The notes below the pieces were generated by a model. It saw only the letters and a list, made by a program, of their open reading frames with translations. It searched no databases and was not told the DNA's origin. This document shows positions 59,752 through 64,000 of a DNA stretch of 64,000 nucleotides, one piece after another. The DNA lies in NCBI GenBank assembly GCA_035554055.1, contig DATMIZ010000101.1:77-64076 (forward strand). Reading direction: 5' to 3'. Source of the stretch: Baekduia sp. (GTDB lineage: Bacteria; Actinomycetota; Thermoleophilia; Solirubrobacterales; Solirubrobacteraceae). Made by a program: the position numbers and the translations under genes. Position 1 is the first letter of the stretch, and every line of letters starts with the position of its first letter.

Positions 59752-60936
59752 TTGACTAACACCGGAAACGGCTCCTCCAACGGAGCCGGCCGCTACCAGA
59801 AGGACAAGGTTCGCGTCGCGATTGTCGGCGTCGGCAACTGCGCGAACTCATTCGTACAGGGCGTGCATCACTACGCCAACGCGGACCGTAAGGCAGAGGT
59901 CCCGGGCCTCATGCACGCCGACCTCGGCGGCTACCACATCTCGGACATCGAGTTCACGTGCGCGTTCGACATCAACGCCACGAAGGTCGGCAAGGACCTG
60001 GGTGAGGCGATCTGGGCCGACCCGAACAACACGATCAGGTTCACCGAGGACCTCCCGAACAAGATGGGCGTGCCCGTGTACCGCGGCATGACCCACGACG
60101 GGATCGGCCAGTACCCGGCGACGAAGATCACGAAGGCCGGCGGCGAGACCGCCGACATCGTGCAGATCCTCAAGGACACGAAGACGGATGTCGTCGTCTC
60201 CTACCTGCCGGTCGGTTCAGAGCAGGCCACCAAGTGGTACGTCGAGCAGGTCCTCGAAGCGGGCTGCGGATTCGTCAACTGCATCCCGGTGTTCATCGCA
60301 TCGTCCGACTACTGGGACAAGCGCTTCAAGAAGGCCGGGCTGCCGATCGTCGGCGACGACATCAAGAGCCAGGTCGGGGCGACGATCGTGCACCGCACGC
60401 TCGCGCGCCTGTTCCATGAGCGCGGCGTCAAGATGCTGCGCACATCGCAGCTGAACGTCGGCGGCAACATGGACTTCTTCAACATGCTCGAGCGCGGTCG
60501 CCTTGAGTCCAAGAAGATCTCGAAGACCCAGGCCGTGACCTCGATCATGGGCCACACGCTGCCCGAAGAGGACGTCTACATCGGCCCGTCGGACTACGTG
60601 CCGTGGCTGACGGACCGCAAGTGGGCGCACATCCGCGTCGAGGGCCAGGCCTTCGGCGACGTCCCGCTCAACCTCGAGATGAAGCTCGAAGTCTGGGACT
60701 CCCCGAACTCCGCCGGCATCGTCATCGACGCCGTCCGCTGCTGCAAGCTCGCCCTCAACAACGGACTCGGCGGCCAGGTCGACGGTCCGTCGTCCTACCT
60801 GATGAAGTCGCCGAAGAATCAGCGCCCCGACAACGAGGCGCGCGAGGACACCGAGAAGTTCATCGCGGACAACCACCGCGACAAGCTGGCTGACGTCGCC
60901 ACCGACGCCAAGTCCAAGGACAAGTCGAAGGCTTAG
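59752..60936 (+). CDS. ino1: myo-inositol-3-phosphate synthase
   Basis: [39 protein letters not shown]. Confidence 0.96.
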   Translation: MTNTGNGSSNGAGRYQKDKVRVAIVGVGNCANSFVQGVHHYANADRKAEVPGLMHADLGGYHISDIEFTCAFDINATKVGKDLGEAIWADPNNTIRFTEDLPNKMGVPVYRGMTHDGIGQYPATKITKAGGETADIVQILKDTKTDVVVSYLPVGSEQATKWYVEQVLEAGCGFVNCIPVFIASSDYWDKRFKKAGLPIVGDDIKSQVGATIVHRTLARLFHERGVKMLRTSQLNVGGNMDFFNMLERGRLESKKISKTQAVTSIMGHTLPEEDVYIGPSDYVPWLTDRKWAHIRVEGQAFGDVPLNLEMKLEVWDSPNSAGIVIDAVRCCKLALNNGLGGQVDGPSSYLMKSPKNQRPDNEAREDTEKFIADNHRDKLADVATDAKSKDKSKA

Positions 60937-60942
60937 TTCCTC

Positions 60943-60983
60943 CCTGGGCGGCGATGAGGCACTGCGCCTCGCCGCCGCCCAGG
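60943..60983 (+). terminator. GC-rich hairpin after ino1
   Basis: CCTGGGCGGCG...CGCCGCCCAGG. Confidence 0.55.
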
Positions 60984-61095
60984 AGTAGTGCTGCCGCGCG
61001 TAATCCGGCTCTAGCTGCGCAGGGTCGGATGCTCGATGTGAGCGCGGATCAGCGAGGAAAGCGGCAGTGGCGCCGATTCGTGACGCGTTCGTTGC

Positions 61096-61139
61096 CGTGG
61101 GCGACATTCCACCCAATATTTGGGGCGATGTCGCCCACG
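61096..61139. repeat. REP-like palindrome, copy 3
   Basis: CGTGGGCGACATTCCACCCAATATTTGGGGCGATGTCGCCCACG, near-identical to 6210-6246. Confidence 0.8.
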
Positions 61140-61377
61140 ATGATGGTCTGCCCCGCGCGATGCGCGAGCGCCGGGCGCGCTTTCGTCCGGCCGGCACGAT
61201 CGGCGGGCGGGTGGGATCGGTGCGGACGGACGAAAGCGTGACCGGCGCACCCCACAGACGAACCTGGCCGAACTTATTCCCGCATACCGGCCGTAACCAA
61301 TGCCACCCCAGTCGGAGCCCGCTTGGCGGGCTGAATAGCATCAGGGCGACCGATGGCTGAAAGCGTGGGAGCGACCA

Positions 61378-63264
61378 GTGGCTGAACGCTTTGCGATTGC
61401 GCAGGTCACGCCCTATCCGTGGGAAGACCGCGGCGAGGTGAACACGTACATCCGCCGCACCAGCGCCGAGCTGGCGATGCGCGGGCATTCGGTCGTCATC
61501 GTCGCGCCATCCGCCGACCCCGGCCTCGTGCGCAGCTCGCGGCGCTCGATCGAACGCGGCGAGGACATCATCGCCAGCGCACACGGCGAGCCCGTGGTGC
61601 TGGCGGTCTCAGAAGCCGTCCCACTGCCGAACTCCTCGCGCGCACGCGCCGCGCTGCCGGTCGATGCCACCCGCACGGTCGAAAGCCTGCTGACCAACAC
61701 GCCGTTCGACATCGTCCACGTCCACGAGCCGTTCGGACCCTCGGTCTCCTCCACCGCGCTGCGTTTCAGCCGCTCACTCAACGTCGGCTCGTTCCACGCG
61801 CCCGCCGAGCGCGTCGTCGCCACTCAGGTCACACGCAAGCTCGTGCAGCTCCTGTTCGGGCGGCTCGATGCGCGCCTGGCGAGCTTCGAAGTCACGGCGG
61901 AACTGCTCGCGCGCAACTTCCCCGCTGACTACGAGGTCCTGCCCTCGGCGGCCGACCCGATCGTCGCGACCCGCGACGGTGGCGTCCCCGTCATCGCGTT
62001 CCTCGACCAGGAGGAGCGCGGCGCGCTGCGGACTTTCCTGCGCGCGTTGCGCAGACTGGACCTCAGTGAGCCGTGGAAGGCGGTCGTGGTGACCCGCCGC
62101 GGCGTCTCCACCTCGGTGAACCTTTCGGGACCGCTCGCCGAGCGCGTCGAGTTCGTCGAAAGCGGCGAGCAGAAGCTGCTCGGGCGCGCCGACGTCCTGG
62201 TGCTCGCCTCCGATGGCGCGCTGCCCCAGCCGGCACTTGCGCTGCGTGCGATTGCGGCCGGAGCAGTGCCGCTGGCATCGAGCCTCGCCGTCTACGAGGA
62301 GGTCTGCGGCGAAGGTGAGCATGGGCTGCTGTTCGCGCCGCGCGACACCGAGACGCTCGCCGCGCAGCTGCAACGGCTGATCGACGATCCGGGGCTGCGC
62401 GACCAGGTGCGGGATGCGGCGCAGACGCGGCGCGGCCAGCTCGACTGGGGCCGCGTCGTCACGCGCCTGGAACGCGTCTACTCCGACACCGCCGCGCGGC
62501 GCCACCCCACAAGCGGTGACAGGACGATCGAGCGCAAGGTGGTCCGCAACAAGCTGATCGACGTCGACCTGCACATGCACACCGATCACAGCAACGACTG
62601 CGCGACGCCGGTCGAGCATCTGCTCGCGACCGCGCGTGAACAGGACTTCGGCGCCATCGCGATCACCGACCACAACGAGGTCTCCGGCGCGTTCGAAGGC
62701 CTCCAGATGGCCGCGGACTTCGGCGTGAAGGTGATCATCGGCGAGGAGGTCAAGACCGGATCTCAGGGCGAGGTGATCGGCCTCTTCCTGCAGGAGAAGA
62801 TCCCGCGCGGCCTGACCCTGCGGGAGACCGTCGACGAGATCAAGCGCCAGGGCGGCCTGGTCTACGTCCCGCATCCGTTTGACCGCATGCACGCCGTCCC
62901 TGACTACGAGCATCTGCTGACGATCGTCGAGGACATCGACGCGATCGAGGTCTACAACCCGCGCGTCGCGATCGGCTCCTTCAACGAGGAGGCCGAGCGT
63001 TTCGCCGCCAAGTACCGGATCGTCCGGGCAGCCGGATCCGACGCTCACGTCGCCGCAGGACTCGGCTCCGTGCGTGTGCGGATGCGTGACTTCAGCTCCC
63101 CCGAGGAGTTCAAGGAATCCCTGCGTAGCGCGGAAATTCTCACCAAACCGGGCACGCTTCTGTATGTGCAGGCGTTGAAGTTCCTCGAAACCAAGGCGAC
63201 ACCCGCGGGCGCCAAGCGCGCTCGTCGCGACCGCCGCGTGCGCCGCGCCACGCGCAACTCATGA
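61378..63264 (+). CDS. Fusion of PimA-like GT4 domain (degenerate) and PHP phosphoesterase
   Basis: VTPY, HVHEP, GSFH in the GT-B part; DLHMHT, ITDHN, GEE, PHPFD, EVYN, GSDAH in the PHP part. Confidence 0.82.
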   Translation: MAERFAIAQVTPYPWEDRGEVNTYIRRTSAELAMRGHSVVIVAPSADPGLVRSSRRSIERGEDIIASAHGEPVVLAVSEAVPLPNSSRARAALPVDATRTVESLLTNTPFDIVHVHEPFGPSVSSTALRFSRSLNVGSFHAPAERVVATQVTRKLVQLLFGRLDARLASFEVTAELLARNFPADYEVLPSAADPIVATRDGGVPVIAFLDQEERGALRTFLRALRRLDLSEPWKAVVVTRRGVSTSVNLSGPLAERVEFVESGEQKLLGRADVLVLASDGALPQPALALRAIAAGAVPLASSLAVYEEVCGEGEHGLLFAPRDTETLAAQLQRLIDDPGLRDQVRDAAQTRRGQLDWGRVVTRLERVYSDTAARRHPTSGDRTIERKVVRNKLIDVDLHMHTDHSNDCATPVEHLLATAREQDFGAIAITDHNEVSGAFEGLQMAADFGVKVIIGEEVKTGSQGEVIGLFLQEKIPRGLTLRETVDEIKRQGGLVYVPHPFDRMHAVPDYEHLLTIVEDIDAIEVYNPRVAIGSFNEEAERFAAKYRIVRAAGSDAHVAAGLGSVRVRMRDFSSPEEFKESLRSAEILTKPGTLLYVQALKFLETKATPAGAKRARRDRRVRRATRNS

Positions 63265-63311
63265 TGCAGTCGAAGGGCACAGCTCGTCAGACGTCGAACC
63301 AGGGAAAGCCC

Positions 63312-63917
63312 GTGCCTGCCACAGATGACGAAATCAGAGAGAAGTACCTCGAGCGCGCGATCCGCGAGATGAACGCGCTCACCCACGAGATCCACGAATG
63401 CGATCGGTGCCCTCGCGGCGACGTGATGCCGGTGATCGGATCCGGCCATCCACAGGCCGACATCTTCATGCTCAAGTACGCGCCGCGTGTCTCTGAGATC
63501 GAGGAGGGCGTCGCCTTCTACGGACGCGCCGGCGGCGCGCTGATGAAGTCCTTCAAGCGTCTCTCGATCGACCCACTCACGGTCTACGGAACGCTCTGCG
63601 TGAAGTGTCCGCTCGAGGATCCTGAGACGGCCGCGCCGGAGTGCATCGCGCGGCTGCTCGATGAATTCGCGATCGTCCAGCCGCGGATCGTCGTGGTGAT
63701 GGGCGAGCAGGCCCTCGAGATCCTCAACGGCCTTGACGTGCCGCTCGCCGAGCCGCTCGACTACATCCCTGGGACGCTGCAGCGGTTCACGCCTTCGACC
63801 GAAGCGCTTGTGGTCCCTGACATCGACGCTTCGCTCGACAGCGAAGAGTCAAAGCGCGATTTCTGGGCGGCATTCCGAGTGCTCGGCGACTGGCACTCCG
63901 CGCTTCCTCCGTATTAG
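63312..63917 (+). CDS. Uracil-DNA glycosylase family 4-like Fe-S protein, degenerate catalytic motifs
   Basis: CDRC, FYGRAG, VKCP, PEC, QPRIVVVMG; start GTG 63312 or ATG 63261/63264. Confidence 0.72.
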   Translation: MPATDDEIREKYLERAIREMNALTHEIHECDRCPRGDVMPVIGSGHPQADIFMLKYAPRVSEIEEGVAFYGRAGGALMKSFKRLSIDPLTVYGTLCVKCPLEDPETAAPECIARLLDEFAIVQPRIVVVMGEQALEILNGLDVPLAEPLDYIPGTLQRFTPSTEALVVPDIDASLDSEESKRDFWAAFRVLGDWHSALPPY

Positions 63918-63944
63918 TTCGCAATCCCGGGTAAGGCGCAGGAC

Positions 63945-64000
63945 GTGGATGAACTAAAAGAACAGCAGTGCGAGACGTGTGGTGCGACGCTGACCGAGCT
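63945..64000 (+). CDS. Start of a small CxxC protein (truncated by the window end)
   Basis: GTG then DELKEQQCETCGATLTE. Confidence 0.4.
   Translation, partial: MDELKEQQCETCGATLTE

Noticed and set aside
59054-60936. Di-myo-inositol phosphate (compatible solute) pathway
   Set aside because: No inositol-phosphate cytidylyltransferase domain or gene in the window; SYxRARAE fits a PIP synthase better

Overview
High-GC actinobacterial chromosome segment. Gene content and protein style suggest Thermoleophilia/Solirubrobacterales; this is an inference. It is mostly core genome: ettA, acnA, pfkA, four tRNAs (Asp, Val, Glu, Lys), a purD-E-B-C-S-Q-L-F-N-H cluster lacking purM and purK, dnaK-grpE-dnaJ-hspR and clpB, nth, and small accessory cassettes. 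No integrase, transposase, prophage or CRISPR array was seen. The best candidate for an undescribed system is an inositol-lipid cluster at 55.9-63.9 kb. It encodes an alpha/beta hydrolase, a GT-C-like membrane protein, an AUR1/IPC-synthase-like PAP2 protein, a PIP synthase, Ino1, a PimA-like GT4 with degenerate catalytic motifs fused to an intact PHP phosphoesterase, and a degenerate UDG-fold Fe-S protein. Other notable signals are long palindromes inside nth and grpE, a dispersed REP-like hairpin family, an unannotated 42-aa membrane ORF in the pur operon, a GNAT where purM usually sits, a degenerate VapC coupled to acnA, a CsoR-like operator before a His-rich DUF4396 gene, variant HAIR operators, and a duplicated tRNA-Asp 3' end. 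All calls come from manual motif recognition; no database searches were run.
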